Shown: positions 15,696-28,663 of the stretch, piece after piece
Layout of the letters: every line of letters begins with the position of its first letter
How positions within the stretch are numbered: the stretch's first letter is position 1
Assembly: GCA_012295275.1 (NCBI GenBank)
Contig: CM022668.1
Coordinates: 1,550,001 to 1,614,000 of the forward strand
DNA: 64,000 nucleotides
Direction of reading: 5' to 3'
DNA from: Chrysomallon squamiferum
Taxonomy: Eukaryota > Animalia > Mollusca
Program-made: the position numbers and the translations under genes
Notes under the pieces: generated by a model
The model's input: only the letters and a program-made list of their open reading frames with translations
Told to the model about the DNA's origin: nothing
Database searches by the model: none

Positions 15696-16099
15696 GTGTA
15701 CGATGAGCGTTCTGTGATGTGTATTTCTGCAGTTGTACTGTCTTTGTGTATCCAACACGTGCACCAGACACAACATAAAACTTCTACACATCACAAAACA
15801 ACATAGAGTAGTCGCCATTGAAATCTGAAGAAAATGATGTACAGTCGAAGGGGAATAACTCCAACCAAATCACGAATGTAATACTGAATGTTTTATGACA
15901 CCCCAGCACGAAATATAAACTGCTATTGGGAGTAAAATAACATAAATATGTCAAAAGTTTATAAAACGCAGTGTAAAGAGCTGGGAAAAATATAAACATC
16001 ACACGTATTTAAAATTTATTATAAAATGAAGTTTTCTTTTAAAAATTTAGTAAAAGATTTGAGAAGTATCTAAACAATTTTACCACATTATAATCTATC

Positions 16100-16575
16100 A
16101 AATACGTTCTTACTTAACTACATTAAAATGACTTTATTCCAGTGAAATGTGGAGAACTCTCAAAGTACACAGTCAGTGCACACACTGAGGTGGAGGATCG
16201 TTCCTTAAAATACACGAATGAGTCACGTGTGCACGACCGACGCGGGCACGACACAAGACACATTCATCCTTTCTGCACTGCCTGTACGAGGACTGCAGTC
16301 TCCCAGTGCCGGCTTAATAGAATGAGGCTTGTTTGTGTCAGCACCATTCCAGTCATTTTGCCAACGATTCCACCATGATGCTTAAAAACAGAATCGGGTA
16401 CACCAACCTTAGCATGTGACAGATCCAAAGCAGTCTTAGCAGCAGAATCTGTCTTTCATCACCCCTTATGCCAGCACGTCTGTGTACCCAACACAAAATA
16501 ATGTCCTTATTGGCAATATTTCAAAAGTCGCTCTTTCCTGTCCCCATCCCGATAAAGGCATGATCCAGTTTCTAT
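16100..16575 (-). mobile_element. Fragment of a second I-group LINE (RNase H C-terminus to zinc knuckle)
   Basis: NKDIILCWVH..AGIRGDE/ADSAAKTALDL...WQNDWNG..NKPHSIKP...VLCRARVGRAHVTHS...PPPQC. Confidence 0.8.
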
Positions 16576-17135
16576 GTTGTAAAGCTTGAAGAGATGACAG
16601 TCAGTACAAATAATGAGGATGTATATTTATATATTAGCTTAAATTGGGGTGGTTGTTGGGAGGCTGGAACGGATTAATAGTATTTCAGTTAATATACGAA
16701 TTTTATTTGATATACGACCAAACTGAATTACGAGCTCGGTCATTAACGAATTAAACTCGTATTAACTGACAACTAGTTTGAAGCTCTATAATTAGCACTT
16801 TTCTCTTCTGGTTTTAAATAAGTAAATAGTGCAATTCAAACTACGTCTGTGTTTACATTTGTACATTTGACTGTGACTACAGTTTATAATCTTCATATCA
16901 TCATCATCATCATCATCATCGTCATCATTATTTATTTATTTATTTGTTTTATTTTGTTAGTTATTATTTTGCTGTTTTTTCTGTTTTTTGTTTCTTCTGT
17001 TTTGTTTACGATCTCTCGTCGGTCCCCACCACCTCTTGGCACAACTTGTAATAAAAATCAAACAATAACCTAGAAAATTAATGATTATTATAACTAGATA
17101 CTGGAGTAGACAATAACAATTGAAACAATTAAATA

Positions 17136-17870
17136 CAGTGGTACCTCGACTTACAAGTGCCCCGACTCACGGGTTTTCCGAGTTACGAGTATTCGCCCGG
17201 CCGATTTTTTCTTTGAGTTGCGAGCCAAAATCCGAGTTACGAGCGAGCTTGAGAAACGCCGCCGCTGTTTGGGGCAACGAACAATACAATATCCGCCCAG
17301 CATCCTTCATCTCACTCGTTTACTTCACGTGTTTATGCCGTTGAAGTATCTCTGTTGTGTTGTGCTTGCCCTTTGTGCCAGTATTTTTCCAAATTTCTTT
17401 TTTTCTGATCATGTATCATAAGAAAGTGAATTCAAAGGACAGTGCTGAGAAGAAGAAGCGGTTGATGTCTATTGAAATAAATCATGAAATCATAGAAAAA
17501 CATAAACGAGGTGTGCGTATAGTCGACTTTGCTAGGCAGTAGAAGCGTACTACTTCTACGATAAGGAGGAGTCGATAAAGGCTGTAACTCCAGACAAATG
17601 TTTTAAAATAATTTATCTGATCTCCAAGACAAATACACTTTACAAAACTAAATTATTTCTGTACATTCTCTTTTATTTTATTTTTATACAATATATGTCA
17701 TTCATAAATACATTTTTCTTATTTAAAAACACGTTACAAAATATTGGGGTGGTTTTTGGGAGGCTGGAACGGATTAATGGTATTTCGGTTAACATACGAA
17801 ATATATACGACCAAAGTGAATTACGAGCTCGTTCACAGAACGAATTAAACTCGTAAGTCACGGTACCACT
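17136..17870 (+). mobile_element. Tigger/pogo (Tc1/mariner) internal-deletion derivative
   Basis: TA then CAGTGGTACCTCGACTTAC ... GTAAGTCACGGTACCACT TIRs; transposase N-terminal HTH remnant KKKRLMSIEINHEIIEKHKRGVRIVDFARQ*KRTTSTI (17411-17563). Confidence 0.85.
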
Positions 17871-18157
17871 TCACATAAATGAATGTTTATCCTAATGTGT
17901 TGGCGAAACTCATTTATAATTCGGACAAGTAAAATCTGAAGAAAATGATTTACAGTCTAAGGGGAATAACTCCAACCACATCAATATTGTGGCAGATTAT
18001 AGAGGGTGTCCCAAAAGTACCCGAACCGCAAACTTAAATAAAATTAGATATTAAAAACAACAAATTTAATTCCATCTTTTATGTCATTTTATGTTATCTT
18101 TTGTACTATTCATTTACTTCTGTCAGTAGTAGTCTTTGGAATGATTTTTGTTACCTG

Positions 18158-18411
18158 ATTGTTTGTGCCAGCACCATTCCAGTCATTTTGCCAAATGGAA
18201 ACGATCCCAACATGATGCTTAAAAACAGAATCGGGTACACCAACCTTAGCATGTGACAGATCCAAAGTTGACTTAGCAGCAGAATCTGCCTTTCATCACT
18301 ACTTATGCCAACATGTCTGTGTACCCAACCAAAAATAATGTCCTTATTGGCAATATTTCAAAAGTCACTCTTTCCTGTCCCCATACCAGTAAAGGCATGA
18401 TCCAGTTTCTA
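18158..18411 (-). mobile_element. Duplicate of the RNase H LINE fragment (16329-16574)
   Basis: Near-identical to 16329-16574; WVHRHVGI...ADSAAKSTLDL. Confidence 0.8.
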
Positions 18412-18414
18412 AGG

Positions 18415-18698
18415 CTTTAAAATAATTTGTCTGATCTCCAAGATAAATACACTTTACAAAACTAAATTTTTTCTTTAGATTCTCTTTTATTTTATTTTTA
18501 TACAATATTTGTCATTCATAAATACATTTTTCTTATTTTAAAACATTTTACAAAAAATTGGGGTGGTTTTGGGGAGGCTGGAACGGATTAATGTTAATTC
18601 AGTTAATTTCAGTCGGGGAAATTTATTTGATATACGACCAAGTTGAGTTATGAGCTCGGTCACGGAACGAATTAAACTCGTAAGTCACGGTACCACTT
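18415..18698 (+). mobile_element. Tigger-like 3' end copy
   Basis: Matches 17600-17870 including the right TIR; a further partial copy at about 16640-16762. Confidence 0.75.
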
Positions 18699-19752
18699 CA
18701 CGTAAATGAATGTTTATCCTAATGTGTTAGCGAAACTCATTTATAATTCGGACAAGTAAAATCTGAAGAAAATGATTTACAGTCTAAGGGGAATAACTCC
18801 AACCACATAAATTGGCAATATTTAAAATAATAATCTTAGTGTCAATAATCTTAATGAATTCTGTGGTCGTAGAGTCCTGCTTGGCTGTACACTTCCAGAT
18901 GTCCTTGATGTAGTCTGGGAACGATTCTTGAAGACGCTGTATGTGTGGACCAGGAGCTTGTACTTTATCCCACAGTGGATAGGCAACCTGTGGTAGTTCC
19001 TTCATTCTGGCGATGTGTGACTGTCACGTGGTGTTGTGCTCACAGTGTGTGCTGCTGTATTCTGCCAGACGAATTATGTCGACTACGATACAATCAGTAG
19101 TATATATAATAATATGTCTGGAAATTGGCTTTCTAAATAAAACACCACATTTAAATGGAAAAGAATAATTTAATTATTTACTTTTCCTTTATTTCTACTT
19201 GAGAAAAAATTAAGATGAAGCAGCCATCTAAACCAATGAAAGGTTCAGTCGAAGTGGTGCGCACCCCGTCGGTGACGTCGCTTGATCAAAGACAAGGGCA
19301 GGAATTTCAGATCTCTGCCATGAGTACTCAAAGACATTATTATCATTTGTTGATAAATTTATAATATAATCGTATTTCATTAATTAAATTAAATTATTTC
19401 TTTTATCAATTCCATTATTCTTAGTTTGAAGAGCTAATACTTTGTTTATTTCTAGTTTTGAATGAATGAATTTTATCCAGTTCTAACATTAAAAACAGTT
19501 TTAACATGCCTTAAGCTGTTCATTATTGCGTAGCAGAAAATTGAATGTTTATAATCAGGCTATATTTTTATAAAAAAAAAAAAAAAAAAAAGAAAAAAAT
19601 AAAAAAAAAAAAAAAAAAAAAATCTTTTGTTATTTTAAAAACAGTGACAGAAGAGCTATATTCCTTAACACTGGACGCAGTAATCTTAACTTCAAATTCG
19701 TTTCTGATCATTGCTATCAATTGCCTTGATATAAATATTGTGGAAGATGATA

Positions 19753-20310
19753 CAGGGTGTCCCAAAAGTAACCGAACCGCAGACTTAAATAAAAAGAACA
19801 AATTTAATTCCATCTTTTATGTCATTTTATTTTATCTTTTGTACTATTCATTTACTTCTGTCAGTAGTAGTCTTTGGAATGATTTTTGTTACTTGATTGA
19901 AGTGTTCTTCGTAATCGAGACTTCTGTTTTAGCGCGCGCTACTGGACTCTCCATGGTTAGACTTGAAATGGTACCCTCACTGTTAAAAATGCAGCGAAGA
20001 ACTTTAGATTTAAACGAATGTATCTTCGTTATTAAGAATTACTATGCAATGACTAGCTACAAACATGTTGAAGAAAGATGGGAAGTAAACTTTAGAACAC
20101 CTGTACCGAGTAAATCGACAATGTTCAATCTTGAAGTAACTGGAAGTAACTGCCAAAAAGTATGTCGCAGCGTTGTCAAAAGGTGTCGTGAGTGTATTGA
20201 AGTTGAATACATTTTGAGCATTTGTAAATACTAAATATACAGAATAAATTTGTTGTTTTAATATCTAATTTTATTTAAGTCTGCGGTTCGGTTACTTTTG
20301 GGACACCCTT
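19753..20310 (+). mobile_element. Mariner-like (DUF4817-type HTH) Tc1/mariner deletion derivative
   Basis: TA TSDs; TIR CAGGGTGTCCCAAAAGTAACCGAACCGCAGACTTAAATAAAA; N-terminus ECIFVIKNYY...F...VPSKSTM fused to C-terminus CRSVVKRCRECIEVE/HFEHL*. A 5'-end copy lies at about 18002-18160. Confidence 0.85.
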
Positions 20311-21044
20311 TACAAGCGAATTTTGCCAGCATTTGACGATAATTTTTTATCTGCTAGTTATAAATAAGAAATTTAGAAAAAATCTTCTCCTTCCTGGGTG
20401 AAATCGCATCTTTGTTATGAGAAATAATATATTTTACATATTTCCTTTAAATGAAAAAGACCCATAAAAAAACAACAACGCCCCCCCCCTCCCCTATAAA
20501 TAATTTCGAGCATTGTCGCTTTAAATACCCGTCAGTGCAGCAGTCTTTCCCCGAGTTTAACTGTATTCGTCAACTGCGGTCTGATTCTGGCGGATGCACG
20601 AGAAATTCGGGGAAAAGTCTGCGGTACTAAAACATGAAAAAAAATATATTATATTTTTACCATTCAGTGATGAACAGTTTAGTCAACGTGTAGTTAGTTC
20701 TGAAAGGATTTCACTGCTTGGCAGTTTGACTATTTGAAAGAACTGGTAGGTGATATTTCTATCTCATGTTTCAGCTGAAAAGTTATTTTTGTCTGACGAT
20801 GTAACTGTATTTATATAGATATATTTTTTTTATTTTTTATTTATTTATTTATTTATTTTTTTTTTATTATTTTCATCCTGTATAGCCACACCATGAAAAA
20901 CAATACAATGCACTGTCAGTAAGTTTTACATCGGCTTCAAGTGTTATGATAATAATAATAATAATAATAATAAAATAAAATAAAATTAAAACATTGTTAT
21001 AAACAAGATGGTATAAAGTGACGTGTCCAACGTCTTAGCTCATT

Positions 21045-21145
21045 GCGACGGACACGCCCGCTGACCTGTCGGAAAGCGTGCCCGTCGCAGACGTGCTTCA
21101 CAACAGCTTGCTCTGATTAGCACGTTAATTTTTTTCCTATTCCTA
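21045..21145 (+). mobile_element. 101-bp 3'-terminal copy of the same LINE family
   Basis: Nearly identical to the reverse complement of 28869-28969; 13-bp TSD GTCTTAGCTCATT at 21032-21044 and 21146-21158. Confidence 0.85.
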
Positions 21146-22964
21146 GTCTTAGCTCATTTCCTTCACAGTCTGCGTCCAGTGAATTACTAAACTGAAAACT
21201 AATGAAAATTGTGATAAGAAAGATTGTGGCAAAGAGAAACAGCTGAGCCTGTCTGACGATGCAGTTCTAGAAACTTAAACTAAATTATTCAACAAATGAA
21301 AGTCATTAGTATACAAGTTTAAAACAGAGATGGTCAATGCTTTCAATTTTTGATTTATGAAACGTTATCTGCAATTGAATTTAAGTGATAAAAATTAAAA
21401 TTTACTGAAAATATTTGAATTAGTTGCTAAAATCATTGAAAAGTTACTCTTTCTCTATCTAAAGCTTTAACATTAAAATTTTATACAAAATAATGTATAG
21501 TGTAGTATGTGTTGTGATAAGTAATAAAACATGCATCATTTGATTTTCACAATTTTCTGAATTATGAAATGTCCAAAAGATCAGAGAATGACCTGAAGAC
21601 AGCTAATAACAGTATAGAGTAATTTTGTTGTTATTAATACTAGAATTTCATAATAAGTAAATTTACTGGTTTATTTCTAATCAATGTTTTGTTCTCATCT
21701 CATCTTATTTTTGGGTTTAAAGAATCACATTATGGCTGATGGTGGTTGTTGGATACAAGTTCCTAACTTCACTTGAAATAAAATGTATAGGCTGCTGGGT
21801 TTATTTGTTCTTTTATTTTACTTTGTTTTTTTATTTTAATTTTTGTTCTTACTTTTTCTTATGTAAGTTTGTACAAATATTTAAATAAACTATAATACAT
21901 ATACATAATGTTTTTTGTATTTATAAATTTGTTTATTTATTTAAATATTTTATTAAATACATAATTTTTTTGTTGAAAAACAATATTAAACTTTCCTTTT
22001 CTTGCTTCAAATATGCATGTATCTCTGTGTGTGTGTGTGTACCAAAATAAATTGTCTTTCATAAATACACAAATGTTATTTTGTTCTATTTTTTTGTTCT
22101 CATGCATGCTGCTTCTGTCTCAGCAAGTAATTTATTTTATTTTATTTTTTAAACAAATTTTTTATTTTATTTTTATATTTTTATGAATCAGTGACTTTCT
22201 TGTTAGACTGATAATGATGCACTGGTGATATTTTCAACTTTGAAAGACGAAACATGAGATTAGTTGTTCTAGTCTGGTACTAAAAGCAATAATTAATAAT
22301 AATTTTGTTAAATTGTTTCTTACCTATAATAAGCAGTATGGGTGTGGTTAAATTCTGGTCACCATGACACCACACAACCAGTCTTTATGATTTTTGTATT
22401 GACAGCAAGGAGCATATCCCCATAATCAGGAAACATATACCATGGACTGAGATACTTAACTGACTGGAAGCTGACCTGTGAGTGAGCGTCAAGGAATGAA
22501 GAATAATAATAAGCATCATAAAGTGTTGTGTTCTCCAGGAAGAAAAAGGTAAGTGAAGCTATTTAAAATATTTGTATTAATACTTCTGCTAATTTTCAAA
22601 GTTTAACTCTCAGTCTTATGATGTTAGTTAAACTTCTATATAACACACATATCAAATTGTATATACAGTATATTATTGTATTATAGTACATGTTACTTAC
22701 ATTGCTTTGCAGACAGTCACTTTTGTTCTCAAGTTTCTTTGTGGATAGTAAGAATCAATTTTGATTATAATAAATTAATAATGTCAGCCCTATTATCTAA
22801 TCTTATTAAAACTGATGTATATACTTCAGCTATCATATCCAGACTATTCTGATATGTATGTCCTAAAGACAAAATTTTTTGTGAAACAAGTTAAACAACA
22901 ATGAAAATGTTTCACTGTTATTTTCATTATTTTTGTTAACTGGAGCAAACATGAGAAAGCAAAG

Positions 22965-24410
22965 AGTTGTGGTGTGTTCTGTGTTTTGTGGTGTGTAAGT
23001 GTGTTGCATTTCATTTGTTGTTGTGAAGTGTTCTGCATGATGTATTTGTTGTTGTGTATGAGTGTGATGTGGTATGTATGATGTATGTACAGTGTGATGT
23101 GGTATGTATGATGTATGTACAGTGTGATGTGGTATGTATTCTGTGGTGCACTTTTTCCAGTCCTTCCTTGTCCTATAAAGTGTGTGTGTGTGTGTTGTAT
23201 GTTGTATATATTGTATTTGTGTTTATGTGTGTTTTGTGTTGTATATTGTATTTGTGTGTGTGTGTTGTGTATTGTCCAGTGTGTTCTGTAGTTCTATTTT
23301 ATTTTGCTTGCTGTGGTGTGTATGTCTCTTACACTGTTGTCTTGGTATATTTCTGTCACCATTACTGTGTTATATGCAGTATCATGGGTGTCTCATACTT
23401 CTCTGTACTTTCTGTGTTTGTCTTGTTACATGTATATCTGTTGGATGTTTGTGTATGTTTTGAGTCCAATGTGGTGTATATTAATGTTGTTTTTGTTTTG
23501 TGTGCCTTGTCCTCTGTAGTGTGTAATGTGTCTCTTGTTTATTTTTCTTATTGTTGCTTATCTGTGTGTTGATTCTGCTGTGGTCTGTATGTCTGTATTT
23601 TGTTACCAGTATTATGCATGTGTCTATTTTGAATGATGTGTTATGTGTGTTGTGTTTGTTTTTGCATAATTTGTGTGTTGTATTATGTGTATGCTGTGTG
23701 TGTGTGTTGTGTATCATGTGCTGTCTGTGATGTATCTGTGTCTTCAAGCAGGAGATGCAACATGTCCCATCTACACAACACAAAACAAAGACACACCATT
23801 GCACATTGTTTCATGTGTTATGTGTTGAGAATTTGGTATATGTTATGTTTGGTGCATGTTGTGGTCTGGTGTGGTTTGTGTTGATCTATGTTATTGTTGT
23901 TTCATGTTTGTGTTTTGATGTTTTATTTATGTTATTGTTGTTTCATTTGTTTGCTGTTTTATTTTGTGACTCTCCAGTTTTGTTTCTATTTTGTGTCCCC
24001 TATTCTCTTGTTGTCTATTGTGTATGTTTACTGTATGTGTGATGTGGTTTGTTGTTTTGTGTTCCTTGTCCTGTATGGTGTGTTTAATGTATGCATTTTG
24101 GTATTTTTGTGTTTTCTTTGTGATGCCATAAGTGTTTCTGTCAGATGTTGTTGCTGTCTGTGTTGGTGTGTGGTGTGTGTGTGTTTGTTTTATGTGTTTT
24201 TTGGTATGTGATGTGGTGTACTTCCTGTGGTGTACTGTTTTGAATGCTGAGGTGTGATGGTTTCTGTGTGCTGTGTGTGTCATGTATACATTTTTGTATC
24301 TTTGTTGTTCTTGCTTGTTTGTGTTTTCCCTGATGTCTGTTTGTCTGACAGGGATTGCACATCAGACACACAGACAACATCAGAGAGAAAACACACACAC
24401 ACACACACAG
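22965..24410. repeat. Long aperiodic G/T-rich low-complexity tract
   Basis: Strongly TG-biased plus strand with short CA-rich inverted islands at about 23770-23810 and 24360-24408. Confidence 0.8.
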
Positions 24411-24743
24411 GATTATGAATGAAAACAAATTAAATAAATGGATATTACCATTGTGAAAATTGACTTATATTATTATTTATTTTATTTTCCTGTTTGTTTG
24501 TATGACAAATAACAGACCTGACATTACACAAAACACTCTGAGCTGCACTGTGTTTTACTTGTTTCTCTGTCCCATTTACCAGAACCAGAGGAAAGAAGTG
24601 TGACTTAATAGCTGAAGGAGGACTATTTTCACTGAAGGGAAACATTCAGTGTAGGGCAGTATTTGTTGCAGCTAATTTGGTTCCTGTGTGAGAGTTTGCT
24701 TTTTGTTTGGTTTTGAGGTACTGACCTTGAACCTTGAACCTTT

Positions 24744-27700
24744 AAAAAAATTAACATGCTAATCGGAGCAAGCTGTTGTGAAACACGTCTACAACAGGCA
24801 CACTGTCTGACAGGTCAGAGGGTGTGTCTGTACAGAAAAGAGTTATGGGTAAGGTAAGAGAATGGGTTCTTGTTATGATTACAGGACACAAGGGAGTGTC
24901 CAGCATATCGGATGGTAATGAACTGGTTGTGATGTTTCATTGATGTTTTCTGCTCCTTGTTTCTGGCACTTGTCTTGCTCGCTGAATGTCTTGTATTTGT
25001 CACTGGGTCTGTGTTGGTTGCGTCCTGTTTGTTTGTTCTGTTCTCGACTGCTGTTGATGTTTCCTTGTTCTTTTTGGCTGCTTCCCTCTGGTCCAACGAT
25101 TCCAAATTTTTTTTTAGCCAATGTTCTTTTTATTGATTTAAAAGATGCTATAAACACCTGCAACTAAAAGGAATAAAAACATGAATGTAGTTAACTTATT
25201 TACATTTATTATGTACATTTTTTAAAATCCATAAAATCCATAACTGGGTTAGTATGGTCTGAAAGTATGTATATGTTTGTTTTTAATTATTAATTTAATT
25301 GGCTATTCAAATTGATCCGTAAAATCAGCCAAACCATCCATAGATCAATCAGCTGTTCAACCAATCAATCTGTAAGTCAGTAAATTCATTCAGTTGTTGT
25401 TTGTTTTTGTGTCAAAATAAACAACAACAAAAAATTCAAACTTTCAACTCCAAGAGTCTAAAGTTTGTGTTCAGAATGTATGTTGTTACTGCAGTGAGGA
25501 CTAACTCTGTCTTTAGTGTTTGGTGCCAAGATGTTTTGGAGTGCGAACTCGGGTTTTTAGTTCCTCCAGTATGTTGCATAGTGCTTGTCTTTCCTTGGCA
25601 AAATTTTGACAGTGAAACAAGTAGTGTTTCATGGTTTCTGAGAGTCCACAGCTGCAGTTGGGTGATATTTGTATCGGATTGCATTTAAGTTGTCAAGTAA
25701 CCAATTTTGGCTTTGGTAAGATTTTTGTTGTGAAGTTTGTTGGCAAGTGTGATTTTGGGTGTTTTGGTGAATGGTTTGATGTTCAAGTGCCATTTGTTTT
25801 TGGTGTTGTTCCATTCGTTTTGCCACTGTTTGTTGTAATGTTTGACTGCAATCGAGAGAATTTCGTTTGTTCTGTAGTGTATGTTGGTGCAGATGTCTTC
25901 ATCTTTGATGCTGAGTGACACTTTGGTGTAATGGTCGGCAAGTTTGTTGCCGATGATGCCGACGTGTGCTGGGAGCCACTTGATGATTAGTTGTTTGTTG
26001 TTGTTTGTATGTCCTCGTGTAGTTGTTGTATTCTGCTGAGTAGGTCTACTGGAATGTCTGGATTGTTAAGAGATGATGTAACTTAGGCTGTCTGAGAATA
26101 TGACTGTGTGTTTGTTGTTGTTGTTGTTTCACCCACAGAATGGCTCTGATGATGGCGACCAGTTCGGCTGTGCATGCTGAAAGGTGATTTCTGAAATGGC
26201 CGAATTGTATGCATGTGGGTTTGAGTGATCTTGGGCTATGAAGGTGAATCCTACTTTCCCGTTGTCTGGGTTTTTGGATCTGTTGGTGTAGACGTGTGTC
26301 TGTTGTCTGTAGTGGCTGATCACTCTGAGGGCACTGGTTTGAATTACATATAGATTTTTTTTAAAGAGAGTTTGGGAGCATTTGAGTAAGCCGTGGCTCC
26401 GTAGTCGAGCTTGGAGAGAATACACGCTTTGTGTATCAAAATTAGTGTTGACTTGTTTGCTACCCAACTGGTTCCGGAAACCAGCTTTAGAAGACTGAGT
26501 GGTTTTTTGCAGGATGCAATTATGTTGTGTATATGGCATCCGAAGTTGAGTTGACTGTCGAGCGTCATAGAAATTTGAATGTTTTGGTTTGTGTTATGAT
26601 GTTGTTATCAATGTTTAGTGTGATTTTGTTGTTGTCTGTTTTTTTGGTTGAAAAGGAGGCATGTCGTTTTTGAAAGAGAAATCTCTATGCCCCAGTTCAG
26701 CGCCCAGTTGTTTATGTTGTTTAAGTCTTTTTGTATTTGATTATGTATTGCTGTGGTTGATCTGCCTGCCAAAAGGCGCAGTCATCTGCAAAGGGTGCTG
26801 TGTTTATTGGTTCGGTTTGTGGATTTTTGGCGTTGTCTTGTTTGTCAAGTGCTGTGACGATGTCATTGATGTAGATGTTGAAGAGTGTTGGCGAGATCAC
26901 AGATCCTTGGGGGATGCCGTTTTCGATTGTCGTTTTTTCTGAGGTTTGACCGTTTGCCTGCTATGGTTCTGTTGTTGATAAAGTCTTTGATAAAGTTGAA
27001 CATGTTGCCTTTGATGTTGTTGTTGATTAATTTGACGAGCAGTCCTTCCCTCCATACCATGTCTAGGAATACTGCGATGACTTTTTTGATTTCCTAAAAT
27101 ATTGGTTGATTGATGTTTGCAGGCGTGTGGTTTTTTTTGCCTTGGATATTTTTCACTTTGGCCCACGTCTTTGACCAATGTTTTGTGGTCAATGTTGTTG
27201 CAAAAGAGTTCCCAGTGTTCTTGTTTTGTGGTGACAATTACGTTGGAAACTTCTTTTTTTGCTATTTTGTATTTTTCGAGTCTGTGGAATGATTTCTGTC
27301 TTTTTTCTATTGTCTTCTGTGTTTGTTTCTTTCTTTGTGTTCTGTCCACCAGGGAGTGGATATTTTGCCGGTGCATTGTCTGGTTTGTTGGCAATTGAGA
27401 GTATTGTCTTGGTGAATGATGCGCAGTAGGTGTCAATGTTGTTGGGGTTCTGTGTGGTGATGTTTCTGCATGCTTTGTAGCCTTCCCAGTCTGCTTTGTT
27501 GAAGTTCCATTTGGGTATGAAAATGGATCTGTCCGAGCAAGTGTTCTTGCAGTTGTAGTTGGTGAGTATTGGGTGATGGTCGCTGTTTAGTTGATTGATC
27601 ACTTGCCATTGACTTAGCGCTGTGATGTGTGGAATGTCTTGTTGGACGAGTGTCATGATGCCTCCCGGGTGCTGTTGAATCTATTAACTTAGTGACTTTG

Positions 27701-28480
27701 ATATCCGGGGACCTTAAAGGTTTTTGTTGTGGTGTCCTAGCCATGTCTCTTGTATGCATATTACATCTGGTGTGTTTCCAGTGGAGGCCAGGAAGTGTAC
27801 GAGTTTGTCTCCATGGCCTGCTGAATGGAGGCCTTTAGCATTCCATTGAAGAATATAGAGGCCTGTGTTATTGGTGTGCTTGTTGTGAAGAGTGTGTAAA
27901 TGGTTGTTACTGTTTGGCGTTTTTTGTTCACTGTTGTTTTGTGTTTGTGGGATTTCTCTTGTCTGTGTTTAATTCAAGTCTTTTGTTGTCTGAAGCCAAA
28001 GCTATCTTAGATTATTTGAGCTACAGTGTGGTCCAAATTGGAGTCGTCAGTGATGTTTCCTGGTTATTTCTGATGTTTTGAAGTTTGATGAGGAGGCAGA
28101 CAATAATTTTGTGTATTTCTGCAATTCTGACCTTGTCCAGATTGTCTTTTGGTTTGTTGTTGTGGTGGTCGATTTTTTTCAATGATAGTTTTGGTTTTTT
28201 TTCATTCTATTTTCTGGCATTTTTTGTTAACGTTTCGTAGAGTTTTGTTTTCTCTTCTGTTGTGTTTGAAGTTGTTGCTCACTGTTATTTTTGATGGGCA
28301 CATCTTGTAGTGTGATGAGTGTGGACCCTGGCAGTTCGTGCATTTTGCCAGGGAACGGCATTGGCCTGAGTTTCTGTGGTGATTTCCACCACAGAAACTG
28401 CATGTCAGTGATTTTGGGTTGTCTGTGGGTCCACTGGTTTGTGATGTGTCCCCATTTCTGACAGTATGTAACTGTACCCA
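24744..28480 (-). mobile_element. Decayed non-LTR retrotransposon, I-group (I/Nimb-like): ORF1 zinc knuckles, APE endonuclease, RT, RNase H, C-terminal zinc knuckle, long 3' UTR
   Basis: Minus-strand remnants: YCQKWGHI / CSFCGGNH / CTNCQGPH (about 28310-28465); ILQWNAKGL...PDVICIQETWL (about 27740-27855); SDHHPIL, WNFNKADW; GIPQGSVISPTLFNIYIND (about 26860-26920); FADD (about 26785); IFSDSLS, WLPAHVGIIGNKLAD (about 25940-26100); CSCG..ETMKHYLFHC (about 25610-25655). Many frameshifts and stops. Confidence 0.9.
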
Positions 28481-28663
28481 TCAATGGTGATGCTTGTGTT
28501 GGTTAGTTTGTGCTAAATGTCAGTGTGGTCCATCTCAAAGAAATCATGCTTGTCTACATTGTAGTAAAAATCCAAATCTTTAGAGTTGTATTTGTGAATT
28601 GTTGTTTCTTTTTTTGTTTGGGTTGTTGTTGCTGTGTAATTAATGTTTGTTTTGGCTGCTGAT

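Noticed and set aside
18784-19005. GC-richer 73-aa minus-strand ORF (MKELPQVAYPLW...)
   Set aside because: No recognisable motif or splice context; possibly a TE remnant but cannot be supported
19866-19890. Shared peptide SSLWNDFC in ORFs 19545+ and 27117+
   Set aside because: Short chance match between a mariner UTR and the antisense strand of a LINE
19545-20234. 229-aa ORF as a host gene
   Set aside because: Runs through a poly-A tract and a TIR; only the last part is a deleted mariner-like transposase
23054-24428. Multiple Cys/Val-rich and His/Thr-rich ORFs
   Set aside because: By-product of the TG-biased low-complexity tract; open in several frames on both strands
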